A stretch of 64,000 nt of DNA from the NCBI GenBank assembly GCA_965116925.1, contig OZ220744.1:5760001-5824000 (forward strand). The letters are read 5' to 3'. The first letter of the stretch is position 1, and every line of letters begins with the position of its first letter. The notes beneath the pieces are model-generated. The model was not told where the DNA came from. It searched no databases and saw nothing but the letters and a program-made list of their open reading frames with translations. The translations under genes and the position numbers were made by a program. This document shows positions 50,737 to 60,431 of the stretch, one piece after another. The stretch is from Candidatus Poribacteria bacterium. GTDB taxonomy: Bacteria; Poribacteria; WGA-4E; PCPOR2b.

Positions 50737-51639
50737 ATGGCAAACGCAGGAAACCGATACGTCAATCCCTACAGAGTCATGCTAGGGGAGTGTACCCGAA
50801 AGGAGATTCGGGAGGCGTTGCAGCGTGGCGAATTGAAAGCTGCCATCATCCCGATCGGCGCGACCGAGCAGCACAACGAACATCTGAGCCTAGATCTCGA
50901 TATTGTCCTGTCCACATTCATTTCTCAGCAGGCTGCCTTACGACTCTACCCCCAAGTCACTGTCGCCCCACCCTGTCCGGTGGGCTACTCCCCGTACCAC
51001 ATGGCACGAAAGGGGACGCTGACATTGCGTAAAGAGACAATGCAGGCATATATCTTCGATGTCGCACAGAGTCTGAAAACCCACGGCATTCGTACGATTC
51101 TGGTCGTAAATGGTCATGGCGGTAACCACGGATTGCTTCAGGAGGTGCTTCCGGCGTGGCAGCAAGAATTGGATATCACGATGGAGGAGGAGTCTTACTG
51201 GATGGGGCTTACGGACGAAGACAGGCAAACCATCCTCCAAGGCTACAGAGATCTGAGAGACGGCAAGCTGGACACGGTGGCGCGACAAACTGCGCTGAAC
51301 CATGCCTCAGAGGATGAGACCTCCGTGATGCTAGCGGCGTACCCGCAACGGGTGCGGGCTTTCACAATGGAAGAGTATGACGCTGCCAACTTAGATTATG
51401 CCTATAATCTATCGCCCGAAGTTGAGGCGTATCTTGAACCTTTTTCCAAGGAGGGTTGGCCCCAAGGTGGACAGAATCCGGAAAACCCTCGTGACCGCGC
51501 CCGCCAAGAGAACGCGCTGCTTGCCACCGTCGAAAAAGGTGAAGCACTCATCGCCCTCCACACCCAATACGTCGCCGACAAGCTGCAGAAAATGATTGAT
51601 GCGACAGAAAAGGGACTCCCTTGGTCCCCACCTGAATAA
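50737..51639 (+). CDS. Creatininase family amidohydrolase
   Basis: PIGATEQH..HL..D, NGHGGN, HASEDETS. Confidence 0.88.
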   Translation: MANAGNRYVNPYRVMLGECTRKEIREALQRGELKAAIIPIGATEQHNEHLSLDLDIVLSTFISQQAALRLYPQVTVAPPCPVGYSPYHMARKGTLTLRKETMQAYIFDVAQSLKTHGIRTILVVNGHGGNHGLLQEVLPAWQQELDITMEEESYWMGLTDEDRQTILQGYRDLRDGKLDTVARQTALNHASEDETSVMLAAYPQRVRAFTMEEYDAANLDYAYNLSPEVEAYLEPFSKEGWPQGGQNPENPRDRARQENALLATVEKGEALIALHTQYVADKLQKMIDATEKGLPWSPPE

Positions 51640-51645
51640 AAACTG

Positions 51646-51802
51646 GGTTCATGTCAAAAGAAAGTAAAACGTAAAGAGAAACCGAGTTTTTTCTTCAAAA
51701 CTCGGTTTCTTTACACCATTAGGACTTACGCATTTCAGGGCGGGGCAAGATGCCCCGCCTACGGTTAGCTGCGTAAGTCCTGACCATTTCTTAACATGAG
51801 CG
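51646..51802. mobile_element. Second IS1595-like MITE containing nested repeats
   Basis: GGTTCATGT...ACATGAGCG flanked by AAAACTG; contains AGGACTTACGCA...TGCGTAAGTCCT (51721-51781). Confidence 0.72.
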
Positions 51803-51820
51803 AAAACTGTGAGGTAAAAA

Positions 51821-52729
51821 ATGAAATATAGAGAGATGGGAAGAACAAGCTGGCAAATCAGCGAAGTCAGTCTCGGCGGGGCGTACCTGATGGGAGATGA
51901 TCCCGAACGTGCCCAAGAGAGTACGGACGAAGTGGTAAAGCGTGCACTCGAATTAGGGATTAACTACATTGATACCGCCCCACTCTACGGCAAGAGCGAG
52001 GAACTCTTAGGCGGTGCACTTGAAGGTGTAGCAGAACACTTTTATATAGCCACTAAGGTCGGCTATGATCCCCCCGATTTCGACTATCGCGGAGACGGTG
52101 TCCTGTGGAGTATCGAACGGAGTCTGCAGCGAATGCGTATCCCAAAATTAGCGACGGCACAGATCCATGAGGTCAATATGGCAGGCTGGGAACGAATCAC
52201 GGAACCGGGCGGAACACTTGAGGGCTTGAGGGAAGCGCAGAAACGTGGACTCTGCGAAAGAATCGGGATTACAGGCAGAGCCATCCCGCTCTTGGCAAAA
52301 CTCGCGGACACCGGGGAATTCGATACAATGCTAGTGTACCATGACTATCATCCCTGCTCGCAGAGGGCAGCAAAGGCGGTGATTCCGGCGGCTGCCGCTC
52401 ATAATATGGGAGTTGTTGTCGCCACACCGTTGGCGGGCCTGTTGTTTGCCGACGAACCTCGGCGGTCAGCGGCGGTCGCAGCGATATCAGATACCGTGGA
52501 ACGGGAACGCGTCCAGCGCGTCCTCGGACGACTTCAGGATGTACCGGGAACACACGCACAGAATGCCTTCCAATATATCCTCACTGATTCGAGGGTAACG
52601 ACGGTTTCCAGCGGCGCAGCCAATATCGCTGAACTGGAGGATGTCGCGCAAGCGTCGGAAATGGGACCGCTGCCGTCAGCTTTGCGTCAGGAGTTGGATC
52701 AGATTACGTCAGGGCTTACGCAAATTTAG
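51821..52729 (+). CDS. Aldo/keto reductase
   Basis: GINYIDTAPLYG.SE, IATKVG, SLQR. Confidence 0.92.
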   Translation: MKYREMGRTSWQISEVSLGGAYLMGDDPERAQESTDEVVKRALELGINYIDTAPLYGKSEELLGGALEGVAEHFYIATKVGYDPPDFDYRGDGVLWSIERSLQRMRIPKLATAQIHEVNMAGWERITEPGGTLEGLREAQKRGLCERIGITGRAIPLLAKLADTGEFDTMLVYHDYHPCSQRAAKAVIPAAAAHNMGVVVATPLAGLLFADEPRRSAAVAAISDTVERERVQRVLGRLQDVPGTHAQNAFQYILTDSRVTTVSSGAANIAELEDVAQASEMGPLPSALRQELDQITSGLTQI

Positions 52730-52809
52730 CACACAGGGGTAGATTTTTGATTTTTAACCCCCTAAATCCCCCTTATCAGGGGGACTTATGAACCCGCTGC
52801 GTAAGTCCT
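52711..52809. repeat. AGG(G/A)CTTACGCA...TGCGTAAGTCCT element
   Basis: 12-bp near-perfect inverted ends; same family as 51721-51781. Confidence 0.7.
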
Positions 52810-53012
52810 ATACGTAATATTCACATCAATAGTCACCGTATTTGTTCAACACTTTTTTGCCCGTTCTATAGGGAAACTATGCTATAATCTTGGTCAATTA
52901 TCCTCAAATCGTTCATTTCCATTAGGACTACGCGCCTCTGCGGGGAACAACGATCGTTGTTCCCTACGAATCACAATGGATGGGGTGCCATTACGAGGCA
53001 TTGAAGCAGCAA

Positions 53013-53242
53013 GTAGGTTGGGTTGAACGGGTCAAAGCGAATCCCTATCAATGCCGATAACGGTTCTACCTTTTAACAACCTCGTTTTATAAATAGATAT
53101 AGTGAAACCCAACGCCCAACCCACGCACCGCTTATCAAGCGTTGGGTTTCACTCGGCTGGGGAAATTTCAAGTTGAACAGAACCCTGCAATCCAAGTGGA
53201 GCGACTTGGCATGTTTGATGAGTGCCGTTCAACCCAACCTAC
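53013..53242. repeat. REPIN-like element (GTAGGTTGGGTTGAACGG inverted ends)
   Basis: 18-bp perfect inverted ends; inner AGTGAAACCCAACGC/GCGTTGGGTTTCACT hairpin. Confidence 0.8.
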
Positions 53243-53369
53243 GTTACGCTAAAAGCCCCAGCGGGGATCTATTGGGGTAATAATCCATGCAATCTGTGTC
53301 ATCCGTTTAATCCGCGATTCAGGCAATAATGATGAGCATCCCTCAATTGTCTATAAGGAAACATTCTTT

Positions 53370-56300
53370 ATGTTTAAGCGTTATTTAGTGGTTTGTAAGC
53401 AGCAGTATCACATCGCACTCATCATTTTATTGATATTCATCGTTGGTTCTCAAAACATATCCGCTCAACAACAGATCGCTCTAGATACCTACGCCATCTT
53501 CCAACAGAGCTGCCTCATCTGCCACGGAGTTGACGGTGCTTATAAAGAAACACTCTTGATGGAACATGATACGCTCATCGCAGAGGGGACGGTTGTTCCG
53601 GGCAACCCCAGCGCGTCTTTGTTATATGATCGGGTTGTTGGGACACCGGGCAGTGGTCCACAGATGCCTTTGGGACAACCGCCCTTGTCCACGCAAGCGA
53701 TTAACACAATCCGTAACTGGATATTAGCCGGTGCTCCCGATTGGGCGACAGTGGCTACAACCGATGGCGACTTCATCTCTCAGGGTGAAATACTTAATAC
53801 CATTGAGACCCACCTGATGTCACTCACACCCTTTGACCGTGCTTTTGCTCGTTACTTCACAATGACACATCTCTATAATGCGGGGGAGTCTGTGGGGATT
53901 CTCCAAGAATACCGCAAGGGACTCTCCAAACTGGTCAACAGTCTCTCATGGAAGCGTGAAATTACCAACCCACAACCCATCGACCTACAAGAAACCATCT
54001 TCTATATCGACCTCAGACACTACGAGTGGGATGTCAATGATAGCTGGACGAAGATAGAAACGGAGTATCCCTATCATATCGGGTTTGATGCACCGACACA
54101 GACCGCACTGAAGGCACAACTGACACGGTTACAGACCGAAATGAGGTGTGATATGCCATCGGTTCATATCGACTGGTTTGTCGCACAAGCATCTCTACCT
54201 CCACTATACCATGATCTACTCTCATTGCCATTGACAGATAGGGAGTTAGAGACCCGATTGGAGGTTGATGTGGCACGCAATATCACCAATGCGCCGGGAG
54301 TTGATGTCTGGCGGGCGGGGACCAACCATTCAGGTGTTTCGACTAATAATCGGGTGATAGAACGACACACCTCGCGTTATGGGGCATATTGGAAGAGTTA
54401 TGACTTCGCTGGTAGTGTTGGGACACAGAACATCCTCACCCATCCGCTCTCTTTCACGCCCGATGGTGGTGAAGCGATCTTCAATCTTCCCAATGGGTTA
54501 CAAGGCTACTATATTACCAATGCGTCCGGCTCCCGTTTGGACGCAGCACCGATACAGATAGTTTCCAATCCCGCTGCGAGTAACCCGAAGGTGCGTAACG
54601 GGCTCTCCTGTTTCGGTTGTCATACGGAGGGAATGAAGACGTTTGAGGACGAAGTCCGTGCTGTGATAGAGAGTAATGCCACCCCTGCTTTTGATAAAGC
54701 GCATGCGTTGAGACTCTACGTTGAACAGGCGGTGATGGACGGACTTATTGCTGGAGACATGGACAGGTATGAAACTGCGCTTGAGGCGACAGGCGGTGCG
54801 GTTGACGACATTGAGCCTATATTCCGTTTCCATGAGGTGTTTCAGGGACCGGTGGACGCTGCGTATGCTGCAGCCGTAGTTGGCTTAGAAACCGATGTCT
54901 TCCAAGAGAAGATTCGTGAGAATGTGGGATTACAGAATATCGGTTTGTTGGTGTTAGACAGCCCAAATGGGAGTATGAAACGGGATGCGTGGACTGAAGG
55001 TTTTGATGATGTGATATTTGCGCTGGATTTCCCTGAGTCTCAAGTTGACAGTCCATCGCAGCCGGATCTGCTACCGGGCGGGGGTGTTCACATTCCTGAC
55101 TCCAACTTGCGTACGGCGATTACGGAGGCACTTGGTAAAAGTCCCAATGCTCCAATTACTGTGGAGGAGATGGAAAGGTTGGAAGAACTCAAGGCAAATA
55201 CCGGAGACATCCGTGACTTAACAGGCCTTCAATTTGCCGCAAATCTAAGAGACTTACGTCTTGGTGATTGGAGCTGGAAAAAAAAGAATCAGATTTCTGA
55301 CCTCACACCGATATCTGGATTAATCAATCTGCGCGAACTCTGGCTTGACGAGAACCCTATAGTAGATTTCGCTCCTCTAAAGGGCTTAAAAAATCTTGCC
55401 AAACTGGTATTTCGTATCACTCCAGTATCTGACCTGTCGCCGCTCGCAGGCTTAACCAACCTAAGGACTATGTATTTTAATGTAACCAAAAACATATCTG
55501 ACCTGTCGCCGCTCGCCGGATTAGTCAATCTGAGGACTATGCACTTTTCCGATGGCAACGTGTCCGACCTATCGCCACTTGCTGGATTAACCAACCTAGA
55601 TGACCTTCTCATATTTAGCTCTCCCATATCCGATTTATCATCTCTCGCGGGTCTAACAAGTCTGGAGAGGATCACAATTGGCGGTGCAGAAATCTCAGAC
55701 CTTACACCTTTAGCGGGATTAACCCACTTGGAACTGCTGAAGATCAACGGTAACAAAATATCCAACCTTTCACCGCTTGCAGGGTTAACCGGGTTGAATC
55801 ATCTGAATCTTGAACGTAATGACATATCGGATATATCACCGCTTGCAAAGTTAACCGGATTGAATCATCTGAATCTTAAACGCAATGACATATCGGATAT
55901 ATCACCGATTGCAGGGTTAACCGATTTGAAATGGCTAGATCTGTCAGACAACAACATTTCTGATCCTTCACCCTTGGAGGAGTTACGCGAGAATATAGAA
56001 CTCATTTGGCACAACAATCCGGGGTTCCCAAAAGGAGGACCGAAAATAGAGGGACCATGGCTATGGGTTTTGCTACCGGATATCGAACTAGATAGCGACA
56101 CGGATTTACTCTCAGCAGCAAGTGAGGGTCGGGTAGCGGAGGTGGAGATCTCCACCCATGGGGCAACGGAGGGGAAGGCGGTCAACGATGATGTGTGGAC
56201 CGCCCACAGACTCCCGCCGTCGGGCGGTAATAACATTGGAGATATGTTGAAAGAATCTATCCGTGACGGAGTTATCTATGGCACTGTGTCTCTCCATTCA

Positions 56301-57566
56301 CCACGGCAACAGGAAACAACAATATACGTCGGTAGTGAGGATGAGTCAAAGGTCTGGCTCAACGGGATTTTGATTTACCAGAATCTCCGTAGACGTGGTG
56401 CTGATGATTACCAAGAATTTTTCCCTGTCACGCTCAAGCCGGGGAAAAATGTCCTGTTAATCGCGGTTGAAATCATTGGTAACAATGGTAGTGTTTTTTT
56501 AGGGTTTGAACCCGGCACCGAATATACGGTGTCAATGGGTATCGGCTACACTTTTTCCCACACATCAATTCATACGGGTGATACTTTTACCCTCGACATC
56601 TTGGCAGAAAATGTCTTCGACATGGCAGGCTGGCAGTTTGATATCACCTTCGATCGTGCTATACTTGAAGCTGTCAACGTAATCGAAGGTGATTTCCTGA
56701 AAACAGGTGGAAGTACAACTTTCTTTCAAGGCGGAAGTATTGACAATGTAGCGGGTAAAATCACGGGACTCAGCGCAGCGCGCCTGTCCGCCGAAGGTGT
56801 GACCGGCTCCGGCACTCTGCTCCAAGTGAACTTCAAGGCGAAATCGGGAGGCGAAACGAAGTTGACGCTGCAGAACTTCCAATTCGGCTCTGTCACCGGC
56901 GATATTATCCCCGCCGGACCGCATGAAATCACCATCACCGTGGAGGGACGACTTACCACGGGGGATGTGAACCGAGATGGTGTGGTGACCATTCTGGATC
57001 TGATTCTCGTCGCACAGCAGTTGGGGAGAAGGGTATCTGCCGGCTCGCCGGTGGATGTCAACAGCGACGGTGTTGTCACCATTCTCGACCTCATCCTCGT
57101 GTCACAGGGAATTGCCGGATCATCCGCTGCACCTCCAACCCCCTCGGTAGAAAGCGTAGATGCCGCGACAATAGAGGCGTGGATTGCACAAGCGCGGTTG
57201 GAAGATGACGGTTCGCTTGCTTTCAAACAGGGTATTGCAAACCTTGAAAAACTGCTAGCCTCGCTCATTCCTGAAGAAACTGCGCTATTGGCAAACTATC
57301 CGAATCCATTTAACCCAGATACATGGATACCGTATCAGTTGGCACAGTCGGCAGAGGTGACGCTGACGATTTATGATATGAATGGGGAGCTGGTGCGGCA
57401 TTTGGCGGTGGGGTATCAGGCAGCGGGCATGTATCGGAGTCGCAGCCGTGCAGCGTATTGGGACGGACGGAATCAACTTGGTGAGTCTGTTGCCAGTGGT
57501 CTCTATTTTTATACATTAACGACGGGTGAGTTCACAGCGACACGGCGGATGCTGATACTCAAGTAA
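53370..57566 (+). CDS. Secreted multidomain protein: c-type cytochrome domains, internalin-like LRRs, cohesin, dockerin and C-terminal FlgD-Ig-like domain
   Basis: Signal peptide; CLICH and CFGCH; ISDLSPLAGL 22-aa repeats; AGWQFDITFD; GDVNRDGVVTILDL twice; NYPNPFNP. Confidence 0.85.
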   Translation: MFKRYLVVCKQQYHIALIILLIFIVGSQNISAQQQIALDTYAIFQQSCLICHGVDGAYKETLLMEHDTLIAEGTVVPGNPSASLLYDRVVGTPGSGPQMPLGQPPLSTQAINTIRNWILAGAPDWATVATTDGDFISQGEILNTIETHLMSLTPFDRAFARYFTMTHLYNAGESVGILQEYRKGLSKLVNSLSWKREITNPQPIDLQETIFYIDLRHYEWDVNDSWTKIETEYPYHIGFDAPTQTALKAQLTRLQTEMRCDMPSVHIDWFVAQASLPPLYHDLLSLPLTDRELETRLEVDVARNITNAPGVDVWRAGTNHSGVSTNNRVIERHTSRYGAYWKSYDFAGSVGTQNILTHPLSFTPDGGEAIFNLPNGLQGYYITNASGSRLDAAPIQIVSNPAASNPKVRNGLSCFGCHTEGMKTFEDEVRAVIESNATPAFDKAHALRLYVEQAVMDGLIAGDMDRYETALEATGGAVDDIEPIFRFHEVFQGPVDAAYAAAVVGLETDVFQEKIRENVGLQNIGLLVLDSPNGSMKRDAWTEGFDDVIFALDFPESQVDSPSQPDLLPGGGVHIPDSNLRTAITEALGKSPNAPITVEEMERLEELKANTGDIRDLTGLQFAANLRDLRLGDWSWKKKNQISDLTPISGLINLRELWLDENPIVDFAPLKGLKNLAKLVFRITPVSDLSPLAGLTNLRTMYFNVTKNISDLSPLAGLVNLRTMHFSDGNVSDLSPLAGLTNLDDLLIFSSPISDLSSLAGLTSLERITIGGAEISDLTPLAGLTHLELLKINGNKISNLSPLAGLTGLNHLNLERNDISDISPLAKLTGLNHLNLKRNDISDISPIAGLTDLKWLDLSDNNISDPSPLEELRENIELIWHNNPGFPKGGPKIEGPWLWVLLPDIELDSDTDLLSAASEGRVAEVEISTHGATEGKAVNDDVWTAHRLPPSGGNNIGDMLKESIRDGVIYGTVSLHSPRQQETTIYVGSEDESKVWLNGILIYQNLRRRGADDYQEFFPVTLKPGKNVLLIAVEIIGNNGSVFLGFEPGTEYTVSMGIGYTFSHTSIHTGDTFTLDILAENVFDMAGWQFDITFDRAILEAVNVIEGDFLKTGGSTTFFQGGSIDNVAGKITGLSAARLSAEGVTGSGTLLQVNFKAKSGGETKLTLQNFQFGSVTGDIIPAGPHEITITVEGRLTTGDVNRDGVVTILDLILVAQQLGRRVSAGSPVDVNSDGVVTILDLILVSQGIAGSSAAPPTPSVESVDAATIEAWIAQARLEDDGSLAFKQGIANLEKLLASLIPEETALLANYPNPFNPDTWIPYQLAQSAEVTLTIYDMNGELVRHLAVGYQAAGMYRSRSRAAYWDGRNQLGESVASGLYFYTLTTGEFTATRRMLILK

Positions 57567-57617
57567 AGTTTGCCCGATTTTAGCCGTATGATATAATAAC
57601 GCAAGTTGCTAGTAGTA

Positions 57618-57951
57618 CGTAGGTTGGGTTGAACGGAATCGATGAAAAATGATACGGAGGACAAGTGGGCTGGGGGCGCGATTCCGGTTGAAAACTCACA
57701 AGTCGAGTGAAACCCAACATTTGACCGGTGGCGGATTATAGTAGATCTCAGAATTAATGAAACACTCCAAATCGGCGCAGTTGGAAACAGCACCTACCAA
57801 ACATGAGGGGCGCAAGTGTGTATTTATTTTTTGAATTCACTATAAGATGTTAGGTTTCACACCCTCTATCTACAAGACGGTGGTATTGAAAAAATACCAC
57901 ATCTACTGTCATTGATAGAGACTCGGCTTTAACCGTTCAACCCAACCTACG
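57618..57951. repeat. REPIN-like element with a nested MITE (57736-57845)
   Basis: 19-bp perfect inverted ends CGTAGGTTGGGTTGAACGG; the TTATAGT...ACTATAA element lies in the inner hairpin loop. Confidence 0.8.
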
Positions 57952-57983
57952 ATACTGAAGTAATGAAGGGAGGACAGCTTATC

Positions 57984-58697
57984 ATGAGTGTAGAAAGAAC
58001 GACAGAGAAAGAAGTTCGGGCACAACCGACAGCGCACATTGAGGATGTTCCACCACTGAAGCAGGGTGACCGACTCACGCGAGAGGAGTTTGAGCGGCGG
58101 TATGAGGCAATGCCCCACCTGAAAAAAGCAGAACGGATCAAAGGAGTTGTGTACATGCCATCACCTGTACGAATAGATCTTCATGGCAGACCCCACGCTC
58201 AAATTATGGCATGGCTAGGAGCGTACTGGATAGCAACACCTGGTGTCGATTTGGCGGATAACAGCACGGTTTATATGGATTCCGACAATGATCCCCAGCC
58301 CGATGCGTTGCTGCGGATAGAACCTGCACAGGGGGGACGTTCCCGAATTATTGACAAAGGATATGTAGAAGGATCGCCAGAATTAATTGTCGAAATTGCC
58401 GGCACCAGTGCAGATTACGATTTGCAGGACAAACTTGAGGTTTACCAGCGGTGTGGTGTGCAGGAGTACATTGTGTGGCAGACGCAGGAGAAACGTCTTG
58501 ACTGGTTTCAGCTTGTTAATGAAGAGTATGTAACGCTTGCCCCCAATGCGGAGGGAATCATTGAGAGTCGAATTTTTCCCGGTTTGCGCTTGGCGGTAAC
58601 AGCACTAATAGAAGGAGACCGAGCAAAGGTCTCATCAGAATTGCAGGCAGGACTACAAACCACCGCCCATGCAGCATTTGTCGAACGGCTAACATAA
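57984..58697 (+). CDS. Uma2 family endonuclease
   Basis: AERIKGVVYMPSP, PQPDA, PELIVEIA, K..Y...GVQEYIVW. Confidence 0.9.
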   Translation: MSVERTTEKEVRAQPTAHIEDVPPLKQGDRLTREEFERRYEAMPHLKKAERIKGVVYMPSPVRIDLHGRPHAQIMAWLGAYWIATPGVDLADNSTVYMDSDNDPQPDALLRIEPAQGGRSRIIDKGYVEGSPELIVEIAGTSADYDLQDKLEVYQRCGVQEYIVWQTQEKRLDWFQLVNEEYVTLAPNAEGIIESRIFPGLRLAVTALIEGDRAKVSSELQAGLQTTAHAAFVERLT

Positions 58698-58740
58698 AAA
58701 CCGAAGGTGAGAAAGTGTGCAGGTGTGAAAGGGGTATTCT

Positions 58741-60429
58741 ATGTCAAACCACGATATCCGCATCCAGTTAGACCTCAAAATCCCTATGCGCGATGGCATC
58801 CGGCTCTACGGTGCCTTGTACCGTCCCACCACGGGCGATAAATTCCCCGTACTGCTCATCCGATCGCCTTATAGCACCCAACACCCACGCTATGTGGATT
58901 GGGCGGTGCGCTTCGCACAGAGCGGCTACGCGGTGGTGATGCAGGATTCCCGTGGACGATACGATTCGGAGGGGGTGTGGCGACCCTATATCGACGAAAC
59001 CAACGACGGCTACGACACGCAGCAGTGGTTGGGTACCCAGCCGTGGTGCGACGGAAACATCGGGACCTTCGGCGTTTCTTATCCCGGCTTTACACAGATT
59101 CTGCCAGCGGCTCTCCGCAGCCCTTATGTCAAGGCACTGGTCCCTATCGCCAATCAAGAGGACAATTATGGGCACATGCGGTATAATGGTGTTTTGCAGC
59201 TTCAGAACGCCATGAACTTCATCTGGCTTGGTGATCGCACAAACCAGAACGCGCCGAGAGATCTCATCGATTGGGAGGAGGTCTATCGGAGATTGCCGCT
59301 GATTTCTGCGCTTGACAGCATCGGTGATCGTCCGTTCTATCGAGAGGTGATTCGACACAACGTTTTTGACGATTTCTGGAAATCCTACAGCATGAAGTAT
59401 AGGTACGCTGAGGTCGAAACACCCGCATACTTTATTACCGGGTGGTACGATAACCTCGTTCACGAAGGCTTCAAGTGTTTCAACGGTTGGATAACACAAG
59501 CTCGGGCACAGGAAGCTAGAGAACGGACAAAACTGTTAGTGGGACCGTGGACGCATTCTGCGATCGGCAGCCCCGAACCGTTTGGTGATATTGATTTCGG
59601 TTCAAATGCAGCGGTAGATATTCCGGAGGCTCACCTGCGTTGGTACGATCAACGGCTAAAAGGGACTGACACCGGTATGGACGACGAACCTCCCATCCGA
59701 ATCTTCGTAATGGGAGAGAACGTCTGGCGCGACGAGAATGAGTGGCCCCTTGCGCGGACGCGATATACCAAGTTTTACCTTCACAGCGGAGGACGCGCCA
59801 ACTCCCTCCACGGCGACGGCGAACTGACAGTTCAATCTCCACAAAATGAACCAACAGATTCCTTCACCTATGACCCCGAAAATCCTGTTCCCACCGTGGG
59901 CGGTCAGAGTATGTTTATTGATAATACGGGTCCACAGGACCGGCGATCCGTGGAACGCCGAGACGATGTATTGGTCTATTCCACACCTCCGCTCACCGAG
60001 GATTTAGAGGTCACAGGACAGATTGAGTTGACGCTCTATGCTTCCTCTAGTGCGCCGGATACCGATTTCACTGCAACACTTGTCGATGTGCATCCGGGCG
60101 GGAAAGCGATTAACATCTGCGAAGGCATCGTGCGGACCCGATTCCGCAATTCCTATGAAGAACCAACGTTAATTGAACCCGAAACCATCTATCCGTACAA
60201 GGTTATACTCTGGGAAACAAGCAATCTTTTCAAGGCGGGGCACCAAATTCGCGTCGAAGTCTCTAGTAGCAACTTCCCGCGTTTTGATCGGAACCTGAAT
60301 ACCGGCAGCACACCAGGATTGGACGCCGAAATAGAGTTAGCGCACCAGACAATTTACCACAGCGCACAATACCCATCTCACATCACATTACCGGTAATTC
60401 CTCCGATTCATCGGAACGGGACAAACTAA
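58741..60429 (+). CDS. CocE/NonD family hydrolase
   Basis: IPMRDGIRL, GVSYPG, GWYD, GPWTH, SSSNFPRFDRN. Confidence 0.93.
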   Translation: MSNHDIRIQLDLKIPMRDGIRLYGALYRPTTGDKFPVLLIRSPYSTQHPRYVDWAVRFAQSGYAVVMQDSRGRYDSEGVWRPYIDETNDGYDTQQWLGTQPWCDGNIGTFGVSYPGFTQILPAALRSPYVKALVPIANQEDNYGHMRYNGVLQLQNAMNFIWLGDRTNQNAPRDLIDWEEVYRRLPLISALDSIGDRPFYREVIRHNVFDDFWKSYSMKYRYAEVETPAYFITGWYDNLVHEGFKCFNGWITQARAQEARERTKLLVGPWTHSAIGSPEPFGDIDFGSNAAVDIPEAHLRWYDQRLKGTDTGMDDEPPIRIFVMGENVWRDENEWPLARTRYTKFYLHSGGRANSLHGDGELTVQSPQNEPTDSFTYDPENPVPTVGGQSMFIDNTGPQDRRSVERRDDVLVYSTPPLTEDLEVTGQIELTLYASSSAPDTDFTATLVDVHPGGKAINICEGIVRTRFRNSYEEPTLIEPETIYPYKVILWETSNLFKAGHQIRVEVSSSNFPRFDRNLNTGSTPGLDAEIELAHQTIYHSAQYPSHITLPVIPPIHRNGTN

Positions 60430-60431
60430 CG

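Noticed and set aside
57260..57566. Definite type IX secretion substrate
   Set aside because: The tail resembles T9SS/FlgD-Ig domains, but no T9SS machinery is visible in this window.
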